This document shows, in pieces, positions 1-10,182 of a stretch of DNA of 64,000 nucleotides. Position 1 is the stretch's first letter; each line of letters starts with the position of its first letter. A model generated the notes under the pieces. That model searched no databases, had not been told where the DNA came from, and saw only the letters and a list, made by a program, of their open reading frames with translations. The position numbers and the translations under genes are program-made. Origin of the DNA: Spirochaetia bacterium (GTDB taxonomy: Bacteria; Spirochaetota; Spirochaetia; SZUA-6; Bin103); the NCBI GenBank assembly GCA_965203905.1, contig CBDBDQ010000005.1:5184001-5248000 (forward strand). The letters are read 5' to 3'.

Positions 1-50
1 ATCGCAGGACGCGGTCGGTGTTCCCTGGGGCACGTCCACGTTCGGTGGAT

Positions 51-809
51 TCAGACGCAGCGGCCGCCGTCCACCTCCAGGCAGCAGCCGGTGAGGAACT
101 CGGCTTCGTCGGAGGCCAGGAACAGGCACGCCCGGGCCACGTCGAGCGGCGTGCTCATGCGGCCCAGGGGAATGGATTCGATCATCTTGCGGCGCGCTGC
201 GGGCGTGTCCTCGCCGGGGAGGAAGGCCGGCAACAGGGCGGTGTCGGCAATCACCGGGTTGACCGCCACCACGCGGATCCGCTCCGGCCCCAGCTCCAGC
301 GCCATCGCCTTGCTCATGGTGATCACCGCGCCCTTGGTGGCGCTGTACCACACGATGCCCGGCCGCGGCCGCACCCCGGCGGTGGAGGCGATGTTCACCA
401 TCACGCCGCCGCCCTGGCGGCGGAACACCGGCACCGCGTGGCGGGCACTGAGGTAGATGCTCTTCACGTTGACGTCGAACACGCGCTGGAATTCGTCCTC
501 GTCCACCTCCAGCATCGGCCGGTTGCGGTGCGTGGTGCCGGCGTTGTTCACCACCACGTCCAGCCGTCCGTAACAGTCCACGGCAGCGGCCACCATCGCC
601 GCCACGTCACGGCTCCGGCTCACGTCTCCAGTCACCGGCACCACCTCGCCACCATCCGCGGCAATCTTCGCCGCCACCTGCTCGGCCGCCGCGCCGTTGA
701 TGTCCGCGCCCACCACCCGCGCCCCCTGAGCGGCGAACAGCTCGGCGATCCCCTTGCCGAAGCCGCTGCCGGCCCCGGTCACCAGGGCTGCCTTGCCTGC
801 CAGTCGCAT
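51..809 (-). CDS. Short-chain dehydrogenase/reductase (FabG/glucose-1-dehydrogenase-like)
   Basis: TGAGSGFG Rossmann motif, NNAG, catalytic YSATK, C-terminal VDGG. Confidence 0.93.
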   Translation of the reverse strand: MRLAGKAALVTGAGSGFGKGIAELFAAQGARVVGADINGAAAEQVAAKIAADGGEVVPVTGDVSRSRDVAAMVAAAVDCYGRLDVVVNNAGTTHRNRPMLEVDEDEFQRVFDVNVKSIYLSARHAVPVFRRQGGGVMVNIASTAGVRPRPGIVWYSATKGAVITMSKAMALELGPERIRVVAVNPVIADTALLPAFLPGEDTPAARRKMIESIPLGRMSTPLDVARACLFLASDEAEFLTGCCLEVDGGRCV

Positions 810-832
810 CGTCTTCCTCCGCCCTCGCTCGG

Positions 833-2380
833 TCAGTCAGTGGGTGGGTCGGTGTAGGGGGAGCGCTCGAAGCGGCACTCCGGCTCGGTGACGCGGGGAT
901 CGCGCTGCTCACGCAGCACGCCCATCAGCCGCGGGGAAAGCTGCTCCCGCGTGGTCGCGTACGCCGGGTCGGCGGCGACGTTGTCGAGGTAGTGCGGGTC
1001 GCGATCCAGGTCGTAGAGCTCCTCCGCCGGGAACTTGCCGAAGCCCATCTCGAACAGCGCGCCGACCTCGGGCTCGGCGCGGTGGTGCACCATCCACGCC
1101 TTCGACGGCGAGCCGTCCATGTCGGCGTAGGCGACCCAGGTGTCCTCGCAGAGCTGCTCGTAGGAGGGCGGCACGGCCTCGGGGTCGTCCAGGCCGCGCG
1201 GGTCGCCCATCGGCCAGCGGTCGGGGGCGAAGTTGCGGATGTACAGGTAGCGATCGGTGCGGATGGCGCGTTGCGGGTAGGGGAGGTTCCCGGCGCGGGC
1301 CGCGGCCACGTGGCGCTCCCGGCCGAGCACGACGTGGTCGCGGGACTCGTCGACCTGGCCGGAGGCGGGCGACTCCAGCACCGGCAGCAGGCTGCGCGCG
1401 GCCATGCCGGGCAGCCGCTCGACGCCCGCCGCCTCGAGGAAGGTAGGGGCCAGGTCCATCAGGTTGACGAAGTCGTGCACGGTGCGTCCCGCCGCCACGC
1501 GGCCCGGCCAGCGCACCGCCAGCGCCACCTCGCAGCCGAGGTTGTACAGGTTGCACTTGCCGCGCGGAAAGCCGGGAATGCCGTGGTCGCCGCTCACCAC
1601 CAGCAGCGTGTTGTCCAGCTCGCCGATCTCCTCCAGCCTGGCGAGCAGCACGCCCAGGCCGGCGTCGAACGCCAGGCACTCGCCCAGGTAGTCGCAGACA
1701 TCCTCGCGCACGTCGGGAACGTCGGGCAGGAACGCTGGCAGCCGCCCCTTCAGGTGATCCGGTTCCAGGCCCCAGAGCTGCTTGCCGGAGCCGCGCTGCC
1801 ACTTGCGGTGGGTGTTGGTCGGCCCCCACCAGTAGCAGAATGGGCGCCCCGGCTCGCGCGCGTCCAGGAACGCCTGGAAGTTGTCGCGGGTCTCGTCGTA
1901 GAGCACCTGCTTGGCGCCCTCGACGCCGTGCTCCGGCGCCAGCTCGGTGGCGACGAAGGAGAAGCTGCCGAAGCGGGTGCCGGCGGGGGCGTAGCGGGTA
2001 CGGTCAGCCCCGTAGGGGGCGTCGCGCGGGGTGCCGGGCGACCACACCTTGTAGGTGTAGCCGATGTGGTAGCCCGCCGCCTCCAGCGCCAGCGGGTAGG
2101 AGGGGATGGTCTGGTCCCACTCCGCGCCCTGCAGGATCGCGCCGCGGCCGGTCTGCCAGAAGTAGCGCCCGGTGAGGATGGAGCTGCGGCACGGGGTACA
2201 GGAGGGCGCCGGCACGAAGGCGTTGCTGAACAGCGCGCCCTCGCTGGCCACGCGGTCGAAGTGGGGCGTGTCGATGACGGCGTTGGGCGTGCCGTCACCC
2301 TGCAGCCGGCGGTAGGCACTCGCGTAGCGCCCCCAGTCGTCGCCGAACGCGAACACGATGTTGGGTCTGCGCTGCGCCAT
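833..2380 (-). CDS. Cys-type (formylglycine-dependent) sulfatase, sulfamidase-like
   Basis: RPNIVFAFGDD start, CTPCRSSILTGRY (CxPxR) signature, GDHG, EELYDLDRDP. Confidence 0.92.
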   Translation of the reverse strand: MAQRRPNIVFAFGDDWGRYASAYRRLQGDGTPNAVIDTPHFDRVASEGALFSNAFVPAPSCTPCRSSILTGRYFWQTGRGAILQGAEWDQTIPSYPLALEAAGYHIGYTYKVWSPGTPRDAPYGADRTRYAPAGTRFGSFSFVATELAPEHGVEGAKQVLYDETRDNFQAFLDAREPGRPFCYWWGPTNTHRKWQRGSGKQLWGLEPDHLKGRLPAFLPDVPDVREDVCDYLGECLAFDAGLGVLLARLEEIGELDNTLLVVSGDHGIPGFPRGKCNLYNLGCEVALAVRWPGRVAAGRTVHDFVNLMDLAPTFLEAAGVERLPGMAARSLLPVLESPASGQVDESRDHVVLGRERHVAAARAGNLPYPQRAIRTDRYLYIRNFAPDRWPMGDPRGLDDPEAVPPSYEQLCEDTWVAYADMDGSPSKAWMVHHRAEPEVGALFEMGFGKFPAEELYDLDRDPHYLDNVAADPAYATTREQLSPRLMGVLREQRDPRVTEPECRFERSPYTDPPTD

Positions 2381-2390
2381 GCCGGTCTCC

Positions 2391-3131
2391 TCAGCGCCCC
2401 TTGACGCGGCGCATCTCCGCGAGCGTCTCCTCCGTGACCGGATAGTAGCGCCCGGGCGAGACTCCTTCCGCGCGAATCTTCTGCTTGACGTAGTTCTCGG
2501 CCTCTTCGTGCTCCAGCGCCCACTCCATCACCGCCTCGGCCATCCACGACGGCACCACCAGGACACCGTCGTTGTCTCCGACCATCACGTCGCCGGGGCG
2601 CACCAGCGCGCCGCCGCACTGGATCTGGCCGTTCTCCTCGGCGGGAGTCGCCGCCAGGCCGCCGTGGAAGCTGCGCTGCCTGGCGTACACCGTCAGCCCG
2701 TATTCCTCTTCCAGGGTCACGTCGAGGTCGCGGATGGCGCCGTCGACCACCACCCCGTCGGCGTGGTTCATGGCCAGTTGCAGCAGCTTCACGTCGCCGG
2801 CCACCACGTCTTTAGTAGAGCCCATGATGTCCGCCACCAGCACGTCGCCCGGCCCGCAGCGCTCCATCGCCAGGTACTCCAGCTCGCCCTCGCCACCGGT
2901 GCGCTCGGCCGCCAGGTCGGGGCGCACCGGCAGGAACCTGAGCGTCCGCGCCCGCGCCGCGAACCGCTTCCGGCCGGGGGTGAGGTTGACCAGGCCCTCG
3001 CACACGCACAGGGCGGAGCCGAAGTTGCAGACCCCGGCGTACACGGTCACGGACGGGACCGCCTTCAGCCCGTCCAGCACTTCCTGCGACACTTCCACCG
3101 GCTTCATGTCGAACGTTGGCATCTGTACCAT
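2391..3131 (-). CDS. RraA-family / HMG-CHA aldolase-like protein
   Basis: [35 protein letters not shown] motifs; start may be the ATG at 3122. Confidence 0.85.
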   Translation of the reverse strand: MVQMPTFDMKPVEVSQEVLDGLKAVPSVTVYAGVCNFGSALCVCEGLVNLTPGRKRFAARARTLRFLPVRPDLAAERTGGEGELEYLAMERCGPGDVLVADIMGSTKDVVAGDVKLLQLAMNHADGVVVDGAIRDLDVTLEEEYGLTVYARQRSFHGGLAATPAEENGQIQCGGALVRPGDVMVGDNDGVLVVPSWMAEAVMEWALEHEEAENYVKQKIRAEGVSPGRYYPVTEETLAEMRRVKGR

Positions 3132-3160
3132 CTCTCGGAGTGGGATGATCGAACCGGCGC

Positions 3161-3190
3161 ATGATAGGGGCGTCCCGGACCCGCGGTCAA
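3161..3190 (-). promoter_or_regulatory. sigma70-like promoter for the RraA-sulfatase-SDR operon
   Basis: TTGACC-18 nt-TATCAT on the minus strand. Confidence 0.5.
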
Positions 3191-3312
3191 TCGCGGGTGC
3201 TTGCTCGCTTTTTGCTCGCTCGCCGGTTGCTGCAGCGGGTGAGCTGAGTCGATAGCCCGTACCGAGTCCGCAATGGACGGCACTGCGGAAAGAATCGTAA
3301 GCTGAGCCCGCA

Positions 3313-3606
3313 ATGGCCCGCGCTTTGAAACCGGTCGCGGTACGAGTGCTCGATGGCTACCGGCTGTGGCTCCGGTACACCGACGGCGCCGAGGGCGAAG
3401 TGGATCTGAGTCACCTCGCCGGCCAAGGCGTGTTCAAGATGTGGCAGAGCCGAGAGACGTTCGAGGCCGTTCGGATTGGCGCCGGCGGCGCTTTGGAATG
3501 GCCCGGAGACGTAGATCTTTGCCCCGACGCCGTCTACCTCCGTCTCACCGGAACTACCCCCGAGGAGCTGTTCCCCCGGTTGCTGACGACCGCCGTCGAT
3601 GCCTGA
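3313..3606 (+). CDS. DUF2442 protein (putative antitoxin partner of DUF4160)
   Basis: [23 protein letters not shown]...[15 protein letters not shown] matches the DUF2442 pattern. Confidence 0.85.
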   Translation: MARALKPVAVRVLDGYRLWLRYTDGAEGEVDLSHLAGQGVFKMWQSRETFEAVRIGAGGALEWPGDVDLCPDAVYLRLTGTTPEELFPRLLTTAVDA

Positions 3607-3833
3607 ACTGAGCCGATTCTACGGTATCGTCATCAAGATATGTTTCGACGACCATCCGCCGCGTCACTTCCATGCCGAATACGGCGATCACGAAGCGGTG
3701 ATGCAGCGCGCTTCCCAACCGAGCTGCAGGAATGGTGTTGGAGTGGGCCGCGCTGCATCAACGTGAATTGCTCTCCGCGTGGCAGAGCGCAGTGCGCCGT
3801 GAGCCCGCAGGGAAGATCGAACCACTGGCTTGA
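3599..3833 (+). pseudogene. DUF4160 putative toxin, frameshifted/internally deleted
   Basis: ATG 3599 reads [34 protein letters not shown]; the family C-terminus LPNRAAGMVLEWAALHQRELLSAW...KIEPLA* is in another frame from ~3711; not in the ORF track. Confidence 0.8.
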
Positions 3834-3944
3834 GGTCTGTTACACTCCGTGGGGTCGGCTCGCAAAGCCGACTTGGCGGCAGTCGCAGCGATTGGGTTGC
3901 CGGGTCGGTACCGGATGTCCGTGCGCGTGGGAGGTGCTGGCGCC

Positions 3945-4277
3945 GTGGCACGTTACAGGATCGGTCCCGTGAACCGGGCCGCGGAGCGGCTCATCCCTCC
4001 GGCGGAACCCGACGGCTCGGAGATCGGGGTCAACTTCGCCGACGCCTACCTCGAGGCGCTGGACGCCACCCTGCCGGACGGGCGTGCCGTGAGCTGCGAG
4101 CGCTACGGGCTGCAGATTACCCTGAGGGTGGGCGAGGCCGAGGGCGAGGCGCTGCTGCGCCGGCTGGAGCACGGACCGGACGTGCGCAACATTCTTCATG
4201 AAGCGATGCAGGCGGCGGCCGAGGACGCCGGCGTGGTCCTTGCGGTGGAGGACGGCGTGATCTACCTCGACGCGTAG
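3945..4277 (+). CDS. Hypothetical protein
   Basis: Coding-like ORF (track 3849-4277); GGAGG upstream of GTG 3945; ends 14 nt before the corrinoid gene. Confidence 0.55.
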   Translation: MARYRIGPVNRAAERLIPPAEPDGSEIGVNFADAYLEALDATLPDGRAVSCERYGLQITLRVGEAEGEALLRRLEHGPDVRNILHEAMQAAAEDAGVVLAVEDGVIYLDA

Positions 4278-4291
4278 GGGAGCCACAAGCG

Positions 4292-4960
4292 GTGCTGGAC
4301 TACGCGGTGATGAATCAGGCGCTCTACGACGGCGACGCCGCCACGGTGAAGGAGATGACCGAGACCGGCGTGCGGCTGGGGATCTCCGCCCACGAGCTGC
4401 TCGGCGACGGCCTGGTGGCCGGCATGGCGGTGGTCGGCGAGGACTTCAAGCACAACCGCATTTACCTGCCTGAGGTGCTGGTGGCGGCGCGCGCCATGAA
4501 GGCGGGGATGGAGATCCTGCAGCCGCTGCTGTCGGCGCACGACAGCGGGGTGGAGCCGATCGGCACCGTGGTGATGGGCACGGTGAAGGGCGACCTGCAC
4601 GACATCGGCAAGAACATCGTGTGCATGCTGTGCGAGGGCGCCGGCTTTCGCGTGGTGAACATCGGCGTCGACCAGTCGGCGGAGAACTTCCTGGCGGCGG
4701 CGCGCGAGCACGGGGCCGACATCGTCGGCTGCAGCGCACTGCTCACCACTACCATGAAGCAGATGCGCACCGTGGTGGCCACCTTCGCCGAGGCGCACAT
4801 GGACCAGGTCAGCATCTGCGTCGGCGGCGCTCCGGTCACCCAGCAGTTCTGCGACGAGATCGGCGCCCACGGCTACGCGCCCAACGCCTCGCTGGCGGTG
4901 GACCTGTTCAAATCGCTGGTGGCGGCGCCGGAATCCGCCGCGGCCGCGGCCGCGGAGTGA
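4292..4960 (+). CDS. Corrinoid (B12-binding) methyl-carrier protein, MtaC/MttC-like
   Basis: Cap domain (LPEVLVAARAMKAG) plus GTVKGDLHDIGKNIV (DxHxxG), SALLTTT, VGGAPV. Confidence 0.93.
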   Translation: MLDYAVMNQALYDGDAATVKEMTETGVRLGISAHELLGDGLVAGMAVVGEDFKHNRIYLPEVLVAARAMKAGMEILQPLLSAHDSGVEPIGTVVMGTVKGDLHDIGKNIVCMLCEGAGFRVVNIGVDQSAENFLAAAREHGADIVGCSALLTTTMKQMRTVVATFAEAHMDQVSICVGGAPVTQQFCDEIGAHGYAPNASLAVDLFKSLVAAPESAAAAAAE

Positions 4961-5013
4961 CGCCACGCGCGTCGAGCAGCGCGGCGTGCGCCGCGTGCGC
5001 CGCGTACGTTTGC

Positions 5014-5042
5014 TTGACGGCTGCCAGCGCCGCTTCTACGAT
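5014..5042 (+). promoter_or_regulatory. sigma70-like promoter of the sugar ABC/GH32/methyltransferase operon
   Basis: TTGACG-17 nt-TACGAT. Confidence 0.55.
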
Positions 5043-5065
5043 GGCCGCTACCGTGAGGTAGCGGA

Positions 5066-6013
5066 ATGACTACGCGGGTTCAGACAGCGACGCCAACTCT
5101 CTCTCAGCGCTCCACCCTGGTAGCGCACATCATCAAGCACCGCTACCTCTACCTGCTGCTGATCCCCGGCATCCTGTTCTACTTCCTGTTCAAGTACCTG
5201 CCGATGTACGGCATCATCATCGCCTTCAAGCACTTCACGCCGGTCAAGGGAATCCTGGGCAGTCCCTGGATCGGGCTGGAGAACTTTCAGCGCCTGCTGC
5301 AGGCGCGCGACTTCCCGCTGATCTTCCGCAACACCCTGCTGATCGGGTTCTACCAGCTCGCGTTCGGCTTTCCGGTGCCGATCATCCTGGCACTCCTGCT
5401 CAACGAAGTGGGCTCCTCACCGTTCAAGCGCAGCGTGCAGACCATCATCTACCTGCCCCACTTCATCTCCTGGATCGTGGTGGCCGGCCTGGTGTTCCGG
5501 CTCACCACGGTGGACGGCGGGCTGATCAACGAGGTGATCAAGGCGTTCGGCGGCGAGCCGATCATCTTCCTGGCCAGCAAACCCCACTTTCGCGGACTGC
5601 TGGTGATCTCCGACATCTGGAAGAGCTCCGGCTGGCGCACCATCATCTTCCTGGCCGCGCTCAGCACCGTCGATCCCACCCTCTACGAGTCGGCGGTGAT
5701 CGACGGCGCCAATCGCTGGCAGCAGACCTGGCGCATCACCCTGCCGAGCATCGCCGAGGTGATCGCCATCGTGCTGATTCTGCAGGTGGGCGACATTCTC
5801 CGGGTCGGCTTCCAGCAGGTGATCGCGATGTACAATCCGGCGGTCTACGAGGTGGCCGACATCTTCCAGACCTACGTCTACCGCACCGGTCTGCTGCAGG
5901 GACAGTTCGGCTACGCCACCGCGGTGGGCCTGTTCAATTCGGTCATCGCGCTGGCGCTGGTGCTGGTCGCCAACTGGGGTGCCAAGCGGCTCGGCACCGA
6001 CGGGCTGTTCTAG
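5066..6013 (+). CDS. Carbohydrate ABC permease 1 (LplB-like)
   Basis: SPWIGLENF, YLPHFISW, EAA loop LYESAVIDGANRWQQTWRITLP. Confidence 0.93.
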   Translation: MTTRVQTATPTLSQRSTLVAHIIKHRYLYLLLIPGILFYFLFKYLPMYGIIIAFKHFTPVKGILGSPWIGLENFQRLLQARDFPLIFRNTLLIGFYQLAFGFPVPIILALLLNEVGSSPFKRSVQTIIYLPHFISWIVVAGLVFRLTTVDGGLINEVIKAFGGEPIIFLASKPHFRGLLVISDIWKSSGWRTIIFLAALSTVDPTLYESAVIDGANRWQQTWRITLPSIAEVIAIVLILQVGDILRVGFQQVIAMYNPAVYEVADIFQTYVYRTGLLQGQFGYATAVGLFNSVIALALVLVANWGAKRLGTDGLF

Positions 6014-6019
6014 CAACCC

Positions 6020-6904
6020 ATGGCACTGAAAAAAAGTCCCTCGCGCATCCTCTTCGAGGTGTTTCTCTACGGCTTCTTCGTGGTGGTCGCGCTGGGCTGC
6101 CTGTACCCGTTCTGGGTCGTCGTGGTGACCTCCATCCTGCCCTACGACGTGTACATCAAGAATCCGATGCTGCCGATCCCGCGCGCCTTCAGCATCAACG
6201 CCTACAAGCTGGTGTTCCTGCAAGAAGACATCCTGCGCGCCGTGGGCGTATCGGTGTACATCACCGTGTTCGGCACCCTGTTGAGCCTGCTGGTGACCAC
6301 CGCCACCGCCTACGTGCTGTCCAAGCGCTACCTCAAGGGTCAGCGCCTGTTTCTGCTGCTGTTCTTCTTCACCATGCTGTTCGAGGGCGGCATCATCCCC
6401 CTCTACTTCGTGGCCCGCTCGCTCGGCATCGTCAACACCCTGTGGGCGCTGATGCTGCCGCTGCTGATCAACACCTTCTTCCTGCTGATCATGCGCTCCT
6501 TCTTTCTGTCGTTTCCCGACAGCCTGGAGGAGTCCGCCAAGATCGAGGGCGCCAACGACATCAGCATCCTGCTGCGCATCGTGATGCCGCTGTCCAAGGC
6601 GGTGATCGCGGTGATCGGCCTGTTCTACGCCGTCGAGCGCTGGAACGATTTTTTTTATGCGTTGATGTTCATCAACCGGGAGAAGCTGCAGCCGCTGCAG
6701 CTCCTGGTGTACAGCCTGATCTCGCCGGGCAGCGGTGCCTCCTTCGCCCAGATAACCGAGACCTACCTGCAGTCGCTGGGCGTGGTGCTGGAGACCATCA
6801 AGATGGCGGCCGTGGTGATTGCCGTGGTCCCGATCCTGATCGTCTATCCGTTCATTCAGCGCCACTTCACCAAGGGTATTTTGATTGGATCGATCAAGGG
6901 ATAG
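6020..6904 (+). CDS. Carbohydrate ABC permease 2 (LplC-like)
   Basis: EAA loop SLEESAKIEGAND, YPFIQRHFTKGILIGSIKG. Confidence 0.93.
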   Translation: MALKKSPSRILFEVFLYGFFVVVALGCLYPFWVVVVTSILPYDVYIKNPMLPIPRAFSINAYKLVFLQEDILRAVGVSVYITVFGTLLSLLVTTATAYVLSKRYLKGQRLFLLLFFFTMLFEGGIIPLYFVARSLGIVNTLWALMLPLLINTFFLLIMRSFFLSFPDSLEESAKIEGANDISILLRIVMPLSKAVIAVIGLFYAVERWNDFFYALMFINREKLQPLQLLVYSLISPGSGASFAQITETYLQSLGVVLETIKMAAVVIAVVPILIVYPFIQRHFTKGILIGSIKG

Positions 6905-7018
6905 TGAAATCGAAAGGGAGCAGCCGGGGAATGTAGAGAGCGACTTGAGGATCGGGGAGGCTGAATCGTGGCCCGCCGATGGAGCACTTACGAAGGCGAA
7001 TGTGAAAAGGAGCCTACC

Positions 7019-8525
7019 GTGAAAAAAAACATTGGTGATGGCCGGGGTGGCCATGTTGGTCATGACGGCCGGAGCATGGGCCTCCGGCGAAGACGAAGCC
7101 GCGTCGGGCGAGCCAGTCCACGTGACCGGGTTCTGGTCCGACGGCGTGCCGCCGCCCAAGGGCCGCATGCTGGACTACATCAATGAGCGTTTCAACATGG
7201 ACTTCGAGATCGTCGTGATCCCGATTGCGGAGTACACCGAGAAGCTGACCCTGGCGATGACTGCCGGCGAGCTGGCCGACCTGATCCAGGTGCGCGCCCC
7301 GACCGGACCGGGAGCCCGGCTGGTGCGGCAGATGATCGACGGCGAGATGGTGATCCCGATGGATCCGATGCTGGACGACTATCCCAACCTGAAGGCGTAC
7401 CTGGAGCGACCGGAAGCGAGCCGCTTCTCGAAGTGGGACGGACAGTACTACGTGGTGCCGAAGCGGTACTTCTACCACACCACCGGCTTCTACTACCGCA
7501 AGGATCTGCTGGACAAGCACAACCAGCCGATTCCAGAGGACATCGAACAGTTCGGCGAGGTGTTGAAGACCGTGGCGCAAGCCGAGGGGATGCCGGGATA
7601 CGTGTCGCTGGGCCTCTACTTCGGCAACCACTACTTCTACGGTGCCTATACCGACGTCGGCTGGGGCCTGCCCGCGTGGCGCTGGGACGGCAGCAAGTAC
7701 GTGGACATGTCGGTCTCCGACGAGTGGCGCATGGGCGTCGAGCTGTTGCGCCAGTTCTACGCCGACGGGGTGCTCGATCCCGAGTTCGTGGTGTTGAGCG
7801 ACTTCACCAAATTCCGGGAGAAGTTCACGACCGGCAAGGTGGTGGCGATTCCGGTGCACGTGGAGGCGAACTACTTCTACGACGAGATGGTGGGACTGAC
7901 CGAGGACACCATCGAGGGCGCCGACGTGTTCGTGACGCCGCCGCCGATGACGCCGGCCGGGCCGAACAACGCGCTGACCGGCTCGCCGTACGGTACCGTG
8001 GACATGCTGATCTCGTCGCAGGCGAAGCATCCCGACCGCATCATGGCGCTGTGGGACTTCCTGTTCTCCGAGGAGGGCGACCTGTTCAACTTCTACGGCA
8101 TCGAGGGCGTCCACTGGGACCGCGACGCGGACGGCAACATCGTCCCCAACGAGGAGGAGCTGGCCAAGGACACCGGCAGTCCCTCCGACCCGATCTCCAA
8201 GTGGCGCTGGTTCTCCAACATCATGCCGGACTGGATTCCGTCCTACTCGATCGAGATCGAGCGCCAGGAGGAGCTGATCGAGTGGGGCCAGATGCACGGC
8301 GTGTCGCCCTACGTGATCGGCTTCGTGTCGCCGACGTTGCAGCGGGTGCAGGCCGACCTGCAGAAGATCCGCGACGAGTTCTACACCGGCTTCATCACCG
8401 GCGAGCGGCCGATGTCGGACTGGGACGAGTTCGTCAGCGAGTACCGCCGCGCCGGCTACGACGACCTGGAGATGGAGGTGCAGGAGTACTGCGCCGACGA
8501 CGTGTCCGGCAAGTGCCGGCAATGA
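7019..8525 (+). CDS. Carbohydrate ABC solute-binding protein (apparent +1 frameshift in A8 after GTG 7019; in-frame ORF 7032-8525)
   Basis: AAGGAG RBS then GTG 7019; signal peptide ...AGAWASGEDE; YRKDLLDK, YGIEGVHW typical of LplA-like SBPs. Confidence 0.88.
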
Positions 8526-8618
8526 CGGCTGGCCCGCGCCGCGCCTGATTCGGGCGCGGCCGGCGGGGCGCCCACGCGCGCCCTGCCGGGGCCGCCAACC
8601 GAGACGGGAGCCACCACG

Positions 8619-10181
8619 ATGCAAGGGGAATTCGATCCGCGGCGCCGCGAGCTGGCCGCCGACCCGCACCGTCCGGCGTACCACTACCTGGCGCCGGCGA
8701 ACTGGATGAACGACCCGAACGGCACGCTGTTCTGGCGCGGCCGCTACCACCTGTTCTACCAGTACAACCCGTACGGCGCGTACCACGGCGGCGACAGCGG
8801 CACCATGCACTGGGGCCACGCGGTGAGCGAGGACCTGGTGCACTGGCGCGACCTGCCGATCGCGCTGGCCCCGGAGCCCGGCTCCCCGGATCGGGACGGC
8901 TGCTACAGCGGCGCCGCGTTCATCGACCGCGGCGGCGTGCCCACGGCCATCTACCACGGCGTGGCGCCGGGCCGGGAGGGGGGGATCTGCCTCGCCAGCA
9001 GCGACGACGAGCTGCTGGAGCGCTGGAGCAAGCATCCCGCCAACCCGGTGATCCCCAACCCGACCGCCGCGGACGAGTACCAGGTGGCCGGTGCGCCCTG
9101 CGCCTGGGTGGAGGGCGATACCTACTACGCGATCACCGGCGGCACCACGCCGCCGCGGGTACGGCCGCCGATCACCCCGGGCGACTACCTGGGAAGGGCC
9201 GACAGCCGCGATGTGGTGTACCTGTTCCGGTCTCGCGACCTGGAGCACTGGGAGTACCTGCACCCGTTCTACGAGGGCGGCCGCTTCACCGAGGGGGGCG
9301 AGGACATCGGCTGCCCCGACTTCTTCCCGCTCGGCGACCGCCACGTGCTGCTGTTCACCAGCCACCTGCGCGGCGCGCAGTACTACGTGGGCCGCTACGC
9401 CGACCGGCGCTTCGTGGCGCAGCGCCACAAGCGCTTCACGATGGCCGAGACCGAGCGGCTCGGGGTGTTCGCCGAGGGCCTCACCCTGCGCGACGACCGC
9501 GGCCGGCGGATCCTGTTCGGGCGCGTGCACGAGGGGGTGTATGGCCACGTGCAGCGCGCCTGGGGCTGGGCCGGGGTCATCACCCTGCCGATGGAAATGA
9601 CCCTGTCGGACGAGGGCCGGGTGCAGGTGGCTCCGGTGCCCGAGCTGGAGACCCTGCGCGGCGAGCACCGGGAGGTGGCGGACCTCGACATCGCCGCCGG
9701 TGCGGACCTGCCGCTGGAGACGGTGGAGGGCGACCGGCTGGAGTTGGCGCTGAGCTTCCAATGGCAGGACGCCGAGGAGTTCGGCCTCAAGGTGCGCTGC
9801 TCGCCGGATGGGCGCGAGCAGACCCTGATCCGGGTGCGGGCCACCGACTGGGTCGGCCTGCGCGACCCGCAGCAGCCGCGCCGGCGCCGGGCGGAGCTGA
9901 TCGTGGACACCAGCCGCTCCAGCGTCGGCCCGGAGGTGGCCGATCGCGGGTCGCAGCGCTGTCCCCTGGAGGTGGGCGACGACGGCAGGGTGGAGCTGCG
10001 CGTGTTCGTGGACCGCAGCATGGTCGAGGTGTTCGCGGGCGGCGAGCACTACCTGGTGAAGCGCGTCTACCCCGCCAGCCGCGAGGCCACGGGGGTGCAG
10101 TTCTTCGCCCGCGGCGGCGGCGCCCGGCTGCTGCGCCTCGACGCCTGGGAGATGCGGCCGATCTGGCCCCTGGAGGAGTGA
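8619..10181 (+). CDS. GH32-family protein with a non-canonical catalytic site
   Basis: WMNDPNG, YHLFYQYNP, WGHAVSEDLVHW, C-terminal LRVFVDRSMVEVF; RDP replaced by GAP and WECPD by IGCPD. Confidence 0.88.
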   Translation: MQGEFDPRRRELAADPHRPAYHYLAPANWMNDPNGTLFWRGRYHLFYQYNPYGAYHGGDSGTMHWGHAVSEDLVHWRDLPIALAPEPGSPDRDGCYSGAAFIDRGGVPTAIYHGVAPGREGGICLASSDDELLERWSKHPANPVIPNPTAADEYQVAGAPCAWVEGDTYYAITGGTTPPRVRPPITPGDYLGRADSRDVVYLFRSRDLEHWEYLHPFYEGGRFTEGGEDIGCPDFFPLGDRHVLLFTSHLRGAQYYVGRYADRRFVAQRHKRFTMAETERLGVFAEGLTLRDDRGRRILFGRVHEGVYGHVQRAWGWAGVITLPMEMTLSDEGRVQVAPVPELETLRGEHREVADLDIAAGADLPLETVEGDRLELALSFQWQDAEEFGLKVRCSPDGREQTLIRVRATDWVGLRDPQQPRRRRAELIVDTSRSSVGPEVADRGSQRCPLEVGDDGRVELRVFVDRSMVEVFAGGEHYLVKRVYPASREATGVQFFARGGGARLLRLDAWEMRPIWPLEE

Positions 10182-10182
10182 A

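Noticed and set aside
3834-4291. Cobalamin riboswitch ahead of the corrinoid gene
   Set aside because: No B12-box or GGGAA...GCCCCCGCxACTGT pattern; the region is mostly coding.
7014-10049. Very long antisense/alternate-frame ORFs (e.g. 7014-10049, 20017-22596, 40198-43191, 46330-49179)
   Set aside because: They are shadows of real genes in high-GC DNA, with no motifs and biased composition.
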